From Nanobdellota archaeon (lineage in GTDB: Archaea; Nanobdellota; Nanobdellia; Pacearchaeales; GW2011-AR1), in contig JAHIVP010000024.1 of NCBI GenBank assembly GCA_018816335.1, positions 1-60,170 on the forward strand: a DNA stretch of 60,170 nucleotides. Direction: 5' to 3'. The notes beneath the pieces were generated by a model, which saw only the letters and a list, made by a program, of their open reading frames with translations, made no database searches and was not told the origin of the DNA. This document shows positions 1 to 8,710 of this stretch, one piece after another. The stretch's first letter is position 1. Each line of letters opens with the position of its first letter. Made by a program: the position numbers and the translations under genes.

Positions 1-108
1 AAGATTAGTGTTAGGCCGGGTTATGATGGGGAGTATGGGGTTGCTGTTATTGGGGAAAAACAGGAGAATGATGTTAGTCTTTCTGGGGGACAGAAGACTT
101 TATTTTGA
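1..108 (+). CDS. 3' end of a CDS that starts upstream of the window (product uncertain)
   Basis: Frame 1 is open from the window edge to TGA 106-108: KISVRPGYDGEYGVAVIGEKQENDVSLSGGQKTLF*. The PGYDGxYG-type C-terminus vaguely recalls EndoQ/PHP-family proteins (memory only). Confidence 0.35.
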   Translation, partial: KISVRPGYDGEYGVAVIGEKQENDVSLSGGQKTLF

Positions 109-193
109 GAAAGAGCGAACTAAATTATTTTTTATTTTTAAATGTATGTTATATCACAATAATCTTTTTAAATGAGAGTTATTAGTTGTAGAT

Positions 194-640
194 ATGGCAG
201 ATGAATTAGAAGATTTGAGAGCACAGGTAGAAGAGAGAAAGATAGATGCTCGAGAAAAAAGGTTACTCCACAAAGCTGTTCTTGTTGCTGTAGAATTAGG
301 AATACAACTTTCTATGTCACATGATTATCGTTTTGATAGAGACGGATTGTCTATTGCTGCTAGTAGGGAATTAGACTGGGGCACTGGGGGAAAAGGGGTT
401 AAAATGCAAAAGGCAAATGTTCATTTTGATAATGGGTTAGTATATTCTCATGATTTTGATAGGCGATATGCTAGTAGCCATACTGATAGTATTGGTGCAT
501 ATAAACCTGGAGAGTGGACTGATGTGTTGGATAGATTTTATGATGTTGCTTTTGCGAAGGAAACTGCTAGGGATGAAGCTAAAGCAAGAGAGACTTGTGA
601 AGCTGAGATTGCAAGTCTTAAGGATTATTTTGGATTATAA
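194..640 (+). CDS. Lys-poor orphan protein A (function unknown)
   Basis: 148-aa ATG ORF in a genome where chance ORFs are short, with an AT-rich TATA-like tract upstream. The protein is poor in Lys/Ile/Asn and rich in Arg/Asp/Gly/Ala, unlike neighbouring housekeeping proteins. No family recognised. Confidence 0.6.
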   Translation: MADELEDLRAQVEERKIDAREKRLLHKAVLVAVELGIQLSMSHDYRFDRDGLSIAASRELDWGTGGKGVKMQKANVHFDNGLVYSHDFDRRYASSHTDSIGAYKPGEWTDVLDRFYDVAFAKETARDEAKARETCEAEIASLKDYFGL

Positions 641-665
641 TTTAGGAGTCTGAAATTTAAATTGA

Positions 666-788
666 TTATTGTTTTTTAGAATATGTTTTGAGAAACTTAT
701 AATGAGCATTTATCGTCGGTAAATCACAATGTTTTTCTTTCAAAGTGTATTTTTTGCACTTTTGACATTTTTTTAGTTTTGTTGGCAT
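666..788 (-). CDS. nop10: H/ACA RNP protein Nop10 (40 aa, below the ORF-track cutoff)
   Basis: Hand translation gives MPTKLKKCQKCKKYTLKEKHCDLPTINAHYKFLKTYSKKQ*. The CxxC..YTL...C...AH.(K/R)F pattern fits Nop10. It lies downstream of S27e and aIF2-alpha, a common archaeal gene order. Confidence 0.65.
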   Translation of the reverse strand: MPTKLKKCQKCKKYTLKEKHCDLPTINAHYKFLKTYSKKQ

Positions 789-826
789 TTTTTATTATTA
801 ACTTTTGGAATTTACTTCATATAAAA

Positions 827-894
827 CCTAACCCAACTCCCGACCCCACTCGTTGGTCGTTTTTTATCGCCGAGTGAAATCGCTCGCCCACCCT
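827..894 (-). repeat. GC-rich element GCE-1 (short form)
   Basis: The + strand reads cctaacccaactcccgaccccactcgttggtcgttttttatcgccgagtgaaatcgctcgcccaccct. Related copies lie at 1755-1854, 41611-41674 and 57606-57707. The strand given is the G-rich strand. Confidence 0.8.
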
Positions 895-980
895 GATAGC
901 TCTAGTAAATATTTATTAATAATCCACCAATTCATCCCGCAGATTTTGATTTAATTGATAATTATTTTTATTAATTAATC

Positions 981-1703
981 TTATTTTTTTCCTTCAATTA
1001 GCTTAAAATCTATTTTGTTCTTTTTTGCTTTAGTTTCAATTTCTTCTAGAATTTTATTAATTTGTATTTTTATTTCTTTGAAGTCTTTTCCTTCAATTCT
1101 CATTGTGTATTGGCCTGAGCCAAGATATAGAATTTCAACTTTATCTGTTTTAAGTAAGTCTTTGATTATGTTTATTCCTCCAGATGAATTTGTTGTAAGT
1201 TTGAATTCTTTTTTAATTTCAATTTTCTTTTCTTTTTTAGATTTTAGAATTATGTAAACTTTTTCTGCGTCTGGTTTTGGTATAAATTTTTCAAGAATTT
1301 TAGGATTTTCTTTTGCTTGTTTTAGAAATTCTGAAATTGAAGGAAATTCTGTTTTAATTTTATCTGAAGTTTCTTGTGCATTATCTTTTAATACTGTTTT
1401 TAGAATGCTAAAAGAAGATTTTTCTTGTTTATGTTGAGCCATAACTTCTTTTGTTTCTTTGAGATTTACTCTTCTAAGACTTAGTGTTACATTTCCTTGG
1501 GTTCCTCTGTTTGTTGTTAAAATTTTACAAACTATTTTTTTATTAGGTACAACATAATCTCTTAAATTTCTTATTCTTCCTGGAGATATTTCAGATACAA
1601 CTATTGTTCCTTCTCCATTTCCCTCAATTTCTACAAAAACTGTAGTTCCAACTATTTTTTTAACTGTGCATAAAACTAGATTTCCTTCTTCTAACTTTTC
1701 CAT
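981..1703 (-). CDS. eif2a: translation initiation factor aIF2 alpha subunit
   Basis: S1-domain N-terminus MEKLEEGNLVLCTVKKIVGTTVFVEIEG..EGTIVVSEISPGRIRNLRDYV...LSLRRV. Start moved to the internal ATG at 1703 because the tracked 5' extension (to 1763) runs into repeat GCE-2. Confidence 0.85.
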   Translation of the reverse strand: MEKLEEGNLVLCTVKKIVGTTVFVEIEGNGEGTIVVSEISPGRIRNLRDYVVPNKKIVCKILTTNRGTQGNVTLSLRRVNLKETKEVMAQHKQEKSSFSILKTVLKDNAQETSDKIKTEFPSISEFLKQAKENPKILEKFIPKPDAEKVYIILKSKKEKKIEIKKEFKLTTNSSGGINIIKDLLKTDKVEILYLGSGQYTMRIEGKDFKEIKIQINKILEEIETKAKKNKIDFKLIEGKK

Positions 1704-1741
1704 TTTTATTTTGGTGTTTTGTTTAATTTGTCTAAAATAAT

Positions 1742-1866
1742 TCCCTATAATAAACCCTCCCAACTCCCGACCTCACTTGTTGATCGTTTTTTATCGCTGG
1801 TGACTGCAAGTCTCGCACCTGCTCGACACTGACCTGAAATCACTCGCCCACCCTTTATTAGGGAAT
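1742..1866 (-). repeat. GC-rich element GCE-2 (long form) with flanking AT-rich stem
   Basis: The core 1755-1854 is nearly identical to 57606-57707. Flanks tccctataataaa / tttattaggga are inverted repeats. It sits between S27e and the aIF2-alpha start. Confidence 0.85.
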
Positions 1867-1908
1867 TATTAATTAGATTTTTTTATCTTCTCTGATGTTT
1901 TTAATTCT

Positions 1909-2085
1909 TTAGTTTAGTATTTCTACAACTCTTGCTTTAATCTTTGCTTTTCCTGCTTGTGGTTCTGTAAGTTCTTCTCCGCATTCGTTGCATGTTACTT
2001 TAGATGTTGCTTTTCCAAATATAATTTGTTCTTTTTTACATTTTGGACATCTTACTTTAATGAATTTTGATTTTCCTTTTACCAT
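1909..2085 (-). CDS. rps27e: ribosomal protein S27e (58 aa, below the ORF-track cutoff)
   Basis: Hand translation gives MVKGKSKFIKVRCPKCKKEQIIFGKATSKVTCNECGEELTEPQAGKAKIKARVVEILN*. This is the C4 zinc ribbon typical of eS27. Confidence 0.85.
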   Translation of the reverse strand: MVKGKSKFIKVRCPKCKKEQIIFGKATSKVTCNECGEELTEPQAGKAKIKARVVEILN

Positions 2086-2263
2086 AGAATTAGGTTGAAT
2101 TTAGGGTTTTTAAGGTTAATCCTCCTTAGGTATAGGATTAGATTTATTTTCATAATTTTTATAGTGTCCCTCTAACTTTCAACTTTGTTGATAACCCTCC
2201 CTATTTGTGCTTTGTATTTCCTAAAATTAGTATGAAAATTATAAAATTGGATAGAGAATATCT

Positions 2264-3580
2264 TTAAACTTTTACAGTTTCAATATCTAGAGTTTTTCTA
2301 ATTGCTTCTATGAATTCTGCTCCTTTTTCTTTTTCAATTATTGCTCCTGCTGCCATGCTGTGTCCTCCGCATTCTCCTCCGATTTTATTTGTTACTATAT
2401 TAAGTATTTCTTTTAAGTTTCTTCCTTTTCTTCCTGTTAATCTTGCTGAGACTTTTATTTTGTCTTTTGAGTATGCCATTGCTATTAAAATTGTTCCTTC
2501 ATCATATACAGATGAGTTGGATAGTATTGAAGCTACTGTTCCGATGATTGTGTCTTTTATTTTGTCTTGGGCATTTACAATTAGATATCCTTTTCCTTGG
2601 ATTTTTTGTAGTTTTTCTATACTGTTCAGTCCTGCAATTAAGTGTTGTTTGTAAGAAGCATATATTTCTTCTGCTCTTTTCCTGCAATCTTTATTTCCTA
2701 AACAAAATCCAATTGCTGTTTCAGGAGAATCTAGACGTCCGCATGCATTTATTAAAGCTGATAATTCTCTTGCATCTTCAAGTTTGTTGAAAAATTTTAC
2801 TAAGTATATGTTTCCGATTATATCTTCGTTATCTTTTTTCATTCTTCTTAATAAAATTCCTGTTATTAATTTTGAATTTTCTTCTTGAGTAAGTTCTATT
2901 ATTGATTTGTAGGGTTTGTTTCCTTTTGTTATTCCTGCTTCTTGTAAAATTTCAAAGACTCCGTTTGGGTTTCCTGTGACTCCTGGGATAAACATTGATG
3001 TTGAATATTCTAGTGATTTATTTATTGGACGTGTTGCAGGGTATATTAATAATCCTCTTTTTATTTTTACTTCTGAGTCTTTGATTAATTCGTTTGCATG
3101 TTTGCTAATATTTTGAGATAAGAAATCTCCAACTAATCCTATAACTCCTAAGGATGCTAGGTCTTTGTTGTTGTCATTTAAATTTTTTACAAATAAGTAT
3201 GTTAATCCTGATGCTGAGATTTCTTCTTTGTCTATTAAGTGAGGGTTTATTATGAAAATATTTTCTGGAATTTTTTTGATGTCTACTTCGTGATGGTCTA
3301 TTATGAATGTTTCTGTATTTAATTTTGAAAGAGATTCAATGTGTGATGATCCTAAGTCTAGGAATACTAAAATTTTATCTTCTGGTAATTTATCTATTGT
3401 TGGTTCTTCTAGTTGTTTTAAAATTTTAATTGAAAAAGAAAGGTCTTGTCTTTCTAGAGCTCTTGCAATTATTGCAGCTGAAGTTATTCCATCAGTATCA
3501 TGATGAGATATTATTAGAATTTCTTTATTCTTAGATAGTTCAATGAATTTATCAACAGTTTTTTTTAGAGTTTCTTCCAT
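2264..3580 (-). CDS. RecJ-like DHH/DHHA1 phosphoesterase (archaeal RecJ/GAN-type)
   Basis: DHH motif IISHHDTDGITSAAI and DHHA1 motif GGECGGHSMAAGA. Start set at the internal ATG (MEETLKK..), 20 nt downstream of the S15 stop. Confidence 0.7.
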   Translation of the reverse strand: MEETLKKTVDKFIELSKNKEILIISHHDTDGITSAAIIARALERQDLSFSIKILKQLEEPTIDKLPEDKILVFLDLGSSHIESLSKLNTETFIIDHHEVDIKKIPENIFIINPHLIDKEEISASGLTYLFVKNLNDNNKDLASLGVIGLVGDFLSQNISKHANELIKDSEVKIKRGLLIYPATRPINKSLEYSTSMFIPGVTGNPNGVFEILQEAGITKGNKPYKSIIELTQEENSKLITGILLRRMKKDNEDIIGNIYLVKFFNKLEDARELSALINACGRLDSPETAIGFCLGNKDCRKRAEEIYASYKQHLIAGLNSIEKLQKIQGKGYLIVNAQDKIKDTIIGTVASILSNSSVYDEGTILIAMAYSKDKIKVSARLTGRKGRNLKEILNIVTNKIGGECGGHSMAAGAIIEKEKGAEFIEAIRKTLDIETVKV

Positions 3581-3599
3581 ATTTTGCCTCTTTTGATTC

Positions 3600-3953
3600 T
3601 TATTCTTTTTTCTTATAATAGTTCTTAAGTTTTGTTCTTCTGGCAACTCTAATTATTAGTGATCTTCTAGCTGTTTGGTCTTTATGATTAGTTTCTAGAT
3701 GTTTTTGTATTTTCACAACTTTTTTCTCAACTTTATCTAGGTCTTTTTCAAATTCAACTTTATTTTCTTTTAGGATTTGAGATATTTTCTTTCCATATAG
3801 TTTAGTTGTTGGAATACCATGGTTATCTCTTAGAGTTAATCCTATTTTCTCTGGAGATTTTTCTGTTTTAGCTATGTCTAGGACTAGTTTTTCTAACTGT
3901 TTTTCTGTTGTTTTTAACCATACAGGCTTTTTTAGCTCTGTTTTTGTTGCCAT
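3600..3953 (-). CDS. rps15: ribosomal protein uS15 (S13e-type)
   Basis: MATKTELKKPVWLK...IGLTLRDNHGIP...TNHKDQTARRSLIIRVARRTKLKNYY matches the archaeal S15/S13e layout. Confidence 0.85.
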   Translation of the reverse strand: MATKTELKKPVWLKTTEKQLEKLVLDIAKTEKSPEKIGLTLRDNHGIPTTKLYGKKISQILKENKVEFEKDLDKVEKKVVKIQKHLETNHKDQTARRSLIIRVARRTKLKNYYKKKE

Positions 3954-4070
3954 GTTAATTGTTCGTTAGATTGGTTTAAAAATGTTGTGATTGAGGAGAT
4001 TTTGTCGACGATAAAATGATAATTTATGAATCAATTAACTTTATAAATTACTAATCTTATTGATAATCAT

Positions 4071-4143
4071 AGCCCCTTAGTCTAGTGGTCAAGGATCCTG
4101 CCCTTTGGAGGCAGGGACCCAGGTTCGAATCCTGGAGGGGCTA
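4071..4143 (+). tRNA. tRNA-Gln (anticodon TTG)
   Basis: Hand-folded cloverleaf: acceptor AGCCCCT/AGGGGCT, anticodon stem CTGCC/GGCAG, loop CTTTGGA, T arm CCAGG-TTCGAAT-CCTGG, discriminator A. Confidence 0.85.
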
Positions 4144-4145
4144 TT

Positions 4146-4277
4146 TATGCTATTGAAGATAGCAATTATTTTCATGATTTGAACCTGGAGGTTCGACGAG
4201 CATATTCACGAGTGGTGTGAGTTAGGGTATATCTAAATAAAAAGGCGAGTGAGTATGGGAGCACTGGAGGGGCTATT
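4146..4277 (+). repeat. tRNA-Gln trailer: GCE-related insert ending in a 14-nt copy of the tRNA 3' end
   Basis: ctggaggggctatt occurs at 4132-4145 (the tRNA end) and again at 4264-4277. The interior ggttcgacgagcatattcacgagtggt...aaaaaggcgagtgagtatgggagca aligns with the tRNA-Leu trailer and with the GCE repeats. Confidence 0.75.
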
Positions 4278-4329
4278 ATATATTTTCTGTTATATAAATT
4301 ATTAAAAAGGGGTCATTGTTTTATTTTTT

Positions 4330-5025
4330 ATGGGAAGATGGAAATCTATTAGTCCTTGGTCGCAAGATCATATGTATAAGCAGATTGTTAGAGAGGGTGG
4401 TTTTATTCTAACTAGGGGGGCTATGAATCTTAGTTTTGGAGATCCAGAAAATCATGCTCTTGGAGGGAGAGTAGCGATTCCTTCGTTTCAATTATTAAAG
4501 GTCCATAAAAAACATCCTATGAGGGTTATTGATTCTGGAAAAATTACAATTCGTCCTCAAGGGGATACTCGTTTAATGGGTCGAATTGTTGATGATCCTG
4601 ATCCTACTATTTATGATTCAGCGTCTGTTTTTGTTCTTCCTTTTCCTTATTCGTCTGATTCGGATCGAGATCTTAACCAAACTTTTGGAGGAGTGTGGGA
4701 ACTTTCTTGTGGCATGAAAAGAGAAGATAGAACAGAAACTGGAGTTACTGTTTTGTATCATGGAAAAAGGGGCCTTAGTATTGATGGTACTGAGGCTAGA
4801 ACTTGGAGTGTGGTTACCCCTTCTCAGATTCCAGATCATCTATTTCAATGGTTTTACCAAGGACAGAAGATTAATGCTTTTGATCAAGATAGACAAATTT
4901 ACACTCCCGCAGGTAGATTTGAATTTCCTGCAGAAATGGCTAGAGATTTAACAACTGGAGTATCTAGAAAATTAGAGAAAAGATTTAAGACAAGAATGAT
5001 TAGAGATACTACTTCTGGTTTTTAG
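4330..5025 (+). CDS. Lys-poor orphan protein B (function unknown)
   Basis: 231-aa ATG ORF preceded by a TATA-like tract (ttatataaattattaaaaa). Composition is atypical for the window. The 3' end overlaps the convergent Bud32 stop by 17 nt. Confidence 0.7.
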   Translation: MGRWKSISPWSQDHMYKQIVREGGFILTRGAMNLSFGDPENHALGGRVAIPSFQLLKVHKKHPMRVIDSGKITIRPQGDTRLMGRIVDDPDPTIYDSASVFVLPFPYSSDSDRDLNQTFGGVWELSCGMKREDRTETGVTVLYHGKRGLSIDGTEARTWSVVTPSQIPDHLFQWFYQGQKINAFDQDRQIYTPAGRFEFPAEMARDLTTGVSRKLEKRFKTRMIRDTTSGF

Positions 5026-5839
5026 TAGATCGTTTATATCTTCCTCTTTTTTCAACTGCTTCTAATCTTTCTAGAACTTGTTTAGAATTTTCTGAGTTTT
5101 TATATCCTTTTAGAAACGATTTGAGTAGAGCTTCATAATTTTGAAAGTGTTTTGCTTCTAGAGCTTGTTTTAGTAGATGGATGTCTACTGCTTTGTCTTC
5201 TAATTTATTTGAGATATATCCTAGGCCGAAGTCTATTAAGAATATTTTGAAATTTTCTGTAACCCCATATAAAACCCTCCCTCCCTCCCTTTTAATGGTG
5301 TTACTTTTTTTATTAAGTGAAGAAGGTTTTAATGATAGGTTGTGAGATTTGGTAGATTTAGTATCAATAGGATTATTTACTAGAATCATATTTGATGTTG
5401 TGAGGTCTCCGTGGATTATATCTGAATCGTGGAGTTTAGCAATATCTTGGCCTATTATTTGGGCTATTTTTTCTTGGGTTAATTTTTTTGCAACACTATG
5501 TAAAACCCTCCCGCCCTCCCTTTTAATAGTGTTGCTATTATTTTGAGATAATTTAATTTCTTTTTCAGTTGGATAATCATTGAGATTAGTTGATAGTTTT
5601 TGTCCATCTATAAATTCCATTTTTATTTCTGAAGTATTATTTGTTGAAATTAGGTTTGGAACATTGATTATTTTAGAAGCTTTTTCTAGAATTTTGTATT
5701 CTGATTTTGTTCTTCTTTTTCTTAGTTGGGTGTCTAGTTGAGGGTGTCTATATGATTTTTTTATTCTGTGTTTTAGAATTGTATTATTTGATTTAGAAAT
5801 TATTGCTTCTGCTCCTCTTCCTATTATTTCTTTACTCAT
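5009..5839 (-). CDS. bud32: Bud32/PRPK-type (Kae1-associated) protein kinase carrying two in-frame repeat insertions
   Basis: IGRGAEA N-terminus, catalytic loop HGDLTTSNMIL and LIDFGLG motif. It is 276 aa and encodes the peptide SNTIKREGGRVL twice, each from a PAL-C palindrome. Confidence 0.8.
   Translation of the reverse strand: MSKEIIGRGAEAIISKSNNTILKHRIKKSYRHPQLDTQLRKRRTKSEYKILEKASKIINVPNLISTNNTSEIKMEFIDGQKLSTNLNDYPTEKEIKLSQNNSNTIKREGGRVLHSVAKKLTQEKIAQIIGQDIAKLHDSDIIHGDLTTSNMILVNNPIDTKSTKSHNLSLKPSSLNKKSNTIKREGGRVLYGVTENFKIFLIDFGLGYISNKLEDKAVDIHLLKQALEAKHFQNYEALLKSFLKGYKNSENSKQVLERLEAVEKRGRYKRSTKNQK
5259..5304 (+). repeat. PAL-C palindrome inside Bud32 (copy 1)
   Basis: gtaaccccatataaaa-CCCTCCCTCCCTCCC-ttttaatggtgttac. 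The arms are inverted repeats. The C-tract at 5275-5289 reads GGGAGGGAGGGAGGG on the coding (-) strand. Confidence 0.85.
5490..5535 (+). repeat. PAL-C palindrome inside Bud32 (copy 2)
   Basis: gcaacactatgtaaaa-CCCTCCCGCCCTCCC-ttttaatagtgttgc. The architecture matches copy 1 but the arm sequence differs. Confidence 0.85.
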
Positions 5840-6296
5840 CTTTCATTCTATCAATTATATTTGTAGAAGAGTGATCTGGAATTCTATTGATTATATGAAT
5901 TCGTCCTCCATGCTTTTTGACTGTAGGAGCTTCTATACAATCTTTTCCATATTCTGATCCATTTGCATGAACATGAGGTTTTAATTTTTCTAGAAAGTTT
6001 ATAGGAGTTGTTTCGTTGAATATTAAAACATAATCTACTGGGTCTAGTGATGATAAGATTCTTGCTCTAGTTTCTTGGTCTTTTATTGGACGTGTTGGAC
6101 CTTTGTATTGTTTTATTGATGAATCTGAGTTTAGTCCTACAATTAAAACATCTCCTTGAGCTTTAGCTTGTTCTAAGATGTGTATGTGTCCTTTATGTAA
6201 AATATCAAAACTTCCGTTTATTGTAACAACTGTTTTATTTTCTTTTTTTAGTTTTTCTATAATAGGAATTAATTCTTCTACTGTTTTTATTGGCAT
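5832..6296 (-). CDS. cytidylyltransferase-fold nucleotidyltransferase (RfaE-II / RibL-like)
   Basis: GSFDILHKGHIHIL carries the (H/T)xGH signature. The ~150-aa single-domain size fits. It overlaps the Bud32 start by 8 nt. Confidence 0.65.
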   Translation of the reverse strand: MPIKTVEELIPIIEKLKKENKTVVTINGSFDILHKGHIHILEQAKAQGDVLIVGLNSDSSIKQYKGPTRPIKDQETRARILSSLDPVDYVLIFNETTPINFLEKLKPHVHANGSEYGKDCIEAPTVKKHGGRIHIINRIPDHSSTNIIDRMKDE

Positions 6297-6316
6297 GAGT
6301 ATGATTTGTGATAGAG

Positions 6317-6991
6317 TTATATTTGAATTTTTTCTCCAGGTGCAAATTCTTTTGTTTCTTCTAAACTTATAATTGTTATTGGTTTTAATCCTATTGCTTT
6401 GTAACTATTGTCTTCTTTTAAGAGTGCAGATACTTCTGGAATTGCTATGATGTTCCTATTTGTTTTTTTAATATATTCAATATGCTCTTGGATTTGATCT
6501 TCTTCAAAATGGCATTGGATATCATAATTTTTTATTAGGCTTAATCCTGTTGTGTCTTTTAGTTTTACTTTATTAACATCTGCGTCTTTACAAATTAGAG
6601 CAATGTTTATATCTCTTCCTAAGATTATTGCCCCTGCTGAACCGCCATATATAGTTCCACCAGCATTATAGTAATTGATTAATTTTTTTCCAAAATTACT
6701 GTCTTTGATTAGTTTGAGTAATTTAAAAGTATTTCCTCCGCCAATATAAATTGCATCGTATTTTGTTAATTCAATTTCTTTAGTTAAATCTATAAGCATC
6801 TCAATTTCTATTTCTTTCTTTTTATGCTGGGCCATGAGTTTTGTAAACCATTCTAAACAACTATTGTAATCTCCATTTGGCCATGCAAGAGGGATGTAGA
6901 GGATTGTATTAATATCTTTCATGAATATCTCATCTAGTGAATGAGTTTGTTTTTCATTTCCTCCTCCTGATAGAAATAATCTTCCTTTCAT
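6317..6991 (-). CDS. peptidase S51 (dipeptidase E-like) / class-I glutamine amidotransferase-like
   Basis: LFLSGGGNE..., IYIGGGNTFKLLKLI and GGTIYGGSAGAIILG are typical S51 motifs. Confidence 0.65.
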   Translation of the reverse strand: MKGRLFLSGGGNEKQTHSLDEIFMKDINTILYIPLAWPNGDYNSCLEWFTKLMAQHKKKEIEIEMLIDLTKEIELTKYDAIYIGGGNTFKLLKLIKDSNFGKKLINYYNAGGTIYGGSAGAIILGRDINIALICKDADVNKVKLKDTTGLSLIKNYDIQCHFEEDQIQEHIEYIKKTNRNIIAIPEVSALLKEDNSYKAIGLKPITIISLEETKEFAPGEKIQI

Positions 6992-6992
6992 T

Positions 6993-8366
6993 TTATATCC
7001 TCATCTTTTTTCCAAACTTCTTAGCTAATTTTTGCATTGTTTTTTGATCGAGTTGTCCGCCATTTAAAGCGTCTGCTGACATTCCTGAATTTGCAAATTC
7101 TTTGATTAATTTGTATTGTTTTAATAATGAACGAACATCTGATGATTTACATCCTGAGCCTTTTGCAATTCTTTGTAGTCTTGTTGTTTGTTTTTCTATT
7201 AGTTCTGGTTTTTGTTTTTCTTCTGGAGTCATTGATTGAATACAAAATTTCCATTTTTTCATTTTGTCTTCTTGGGTTCCTAAAAGATTTTCAGGAAGTT
7301 TTGCTTTTCCTAATCCGGGAATTAAACCTGCTATTTTAGATAGAGAGCCCATTGAGTTCATTGATTCTAATTGTTGATAGAAATCATCCATTGTGAATAT
7401 TCCTTTTTCAAGTCTTTTTTGTAGTTTTCCTTGAGTTTGTTTGTCTATTGCTGAGTTAACTTTGTCTAATAGTGTTTCTAGGTCTCCCATTCCTGTTAGT
7501 CTTGAGATAAATGCTGATGGGTTGAATTGTTCAATGTCATTTATTTTTTCACCGTTTGTTATAAATACAACCCCTGCTTCTGCTTCTTTACAAGCTGTTA
7601 GTGCTCCACCACCTTTTGCTGTTGAATCCATTCGTGTTATTATTACTGAATTTACTTTAGATGATTTTTTGAATTCTTCTGCTTGTTGTTTTGCAATTTG
7701 TCCAATGTCTGCTGGCATTACAAGAGTTGAATATGTTGGTTTGATTGTTTTTGTTAAATCTGTTATTTCTTTTACTAATTCTTTGTCTAAGTCATGTCTT
7801 CCTGCTGTGTCTACAATGACTAGATTATATTCTTTTAATTGTTCTTCAAATGATTTGTAGATTTTTATTGGGTCTGTTTCATTGTGATCTATAAAGACTT
7901 TTATTTTGTGTTGTTTTCCGAGTTGTTCTAATTGTTCTCTTGCAGCAGGACGATGAACATCTAAACCTACAATTGCTGTTTTGAATCCTCTTTTTTCATA
8001 GTAGTGTGCTAGTTTTGCTGTTGTTGTTGTTTTTCCTGCTCCGTATAATCCAACTAACACCACAACATTTTGCTTTTTTTTATTAAATTCATATTCTTGT
8101 TTTTCTCCACCTAATAGTTGTGTTAGTTCATCATGCATTATTTTTACTATTTGTTCTTTTTTCTCAACACCTTTTATTTTTTCATCTATAGCTGCTTTTT
8201 TTATTTTTTCTGTTAGTTCAAAAACTAGTTTTACATTTACATCTGCTTCAATTAAAGCTCTTTGTAAATCTTTTATTATAGAATCAATTGTTTTCTTGTC
8301 AACAAACACAGCTCCTGCTATTTTGTCGATTCCTTTCTTTAGTGCGTTTCCTAGACTTTCTAACAT
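6993..8366 (-). CDS. srp54: signal recognition particle protein SRP54
   Basis: N domain, G domain (GLYGAGKTTTTAKLA, DTAGR, TRMDSTAKGG) and a Met-rich M domain. Confidence 0.95.
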   Translation of the reverse strand: MLESLGNALKKGIDKIAGAVFVDKKTIDSIIKDLQRALIEADVNVKLVFELTEKIKKAAIDEKIKGVEKKEQIVKIMHDELTQLLGGEKQEYEFNKKKQNVVVLVGLYGAGKTTTTAKLAHYYEKRGFKTAIVGLDVHRPAAREQLEQLGKQHKIKVFIDHNETDPIKIYKSFEEQLKEYNLVIVDTAGRHDLDKELVKEITDLTKTIKPTYSTLVMPADIGQIAKQQAEEFKKSSKVNSVIITRMDSTAKGGGALTACKEAEAGVVFITNGEKINDIEQFNPSAFISRLTGMGDLETLLDKVNSAIDKQTQGKLQKRLEKGIFTMDDFYQQLESMNSMGSLSKIAGLIPGLGKAKLPENLLGTQEDKMKKWKFCIQSMTPEEKQKPELIEKQTTRLQRIAKGSGCKSSDVRSLLKQYKLIKEFANSGMSADALNGGQLDQKTMQKLAKKFGKKMRI

Positions 8367-8408
8367 GTTTTAACTAGAATTCTGATGGTTATTAAGTTTT
8401 TGGGTTTT

Positions 8409-8459
8409 TTAACAACCCCATAAAAACCTAAAACCCCCCACCCTTTAAATGGGATTGTT
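8409..8459 (+). repeat. PAL-C palindrome (variant loop aaaaccccccaccct)
   Basis: Arms taacaaccccataaa / tttaaatgggattgtta form an inverted repeat around a C-tract. It lies between the SRP54 start and orphan C. Confidence 0.7.
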
Positions 8460-8466
8460 AAAAGAA

Positions 8467-8480
8467 AAATTATATATATT
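8467..8480 (+). promoter_or_regulatory. TATA-box-like element upstream of orphan C (leaderless-type spacing)
   Basis: aaattatatatatt lies 21-34 nt upstream of the ATG at 8501. The same spacing recurs upstream of several other genes. Confidence 0.35.
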
Positions 8481-8500
8481 ATTATATATTAATCTATAAT

Positions 8501-8710
8501 ATGGTTTATGAAGGGTTAACTAAACAACAGAGAAGATTGGCAGAAGTATTTGCTGATTATGTTGCTAAGACTGGTGCTGAAGTTGTTACAAAAACTATTC
8601 CTTTTAGAGAACCTGCCCACACAGAGATTTGGGATTATATAGAAAGAGTTAGAAAGTGGCAAGAAGAATCTAGAAAATCTGATATTAGGGTTACAAATCG
8701 GGTTGCTTAA
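8501..8710 (+). CDS. Lys-poor orphan protein C (69 aa)
   Basis: ATG ORF with an upstream TATA-like box, wedged between SRP54 and FtsY. Its stop overlaps the FtsY stop. It is short, so coding status is less secure. Confidence 0.45.
   Translation: MVYEGLTKQQRRLAEVFADYVAKTGAEVVTKTIPFREPAHTEIWDYIERVRKWQEESRKSDIRVTNRVA

Noticed and set aside
1704-1763. N-terminal extensions suggested by the ORF track: 1763 for aIF2-alpha, 3646 for RecJ, 18755 for the giant protein, 28638 for RNase Z, 52340, 36536, 35701, 41661, 46907, 11622 and 38046.
   Set aside because: The extensions start at TTG or GTG, or run through repeat elements or the upstream gene. Internal ATGs give canonical N-termini and normal spacing to TATA-like boxes.
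8707-8710. 4-nt TTAA stop-stop overlaps between orphan genes and convergent housekeeping genes (8707-8710, 41933-41936, 55581-55584), considered as a possible insertion-site signature
   Set aside because: The same TTAA overlap occurs between the ordinary HIT gene and the Cys-rich gene (38771-38774). It is the trivial result of two convergent TAA stops in a compact genome.
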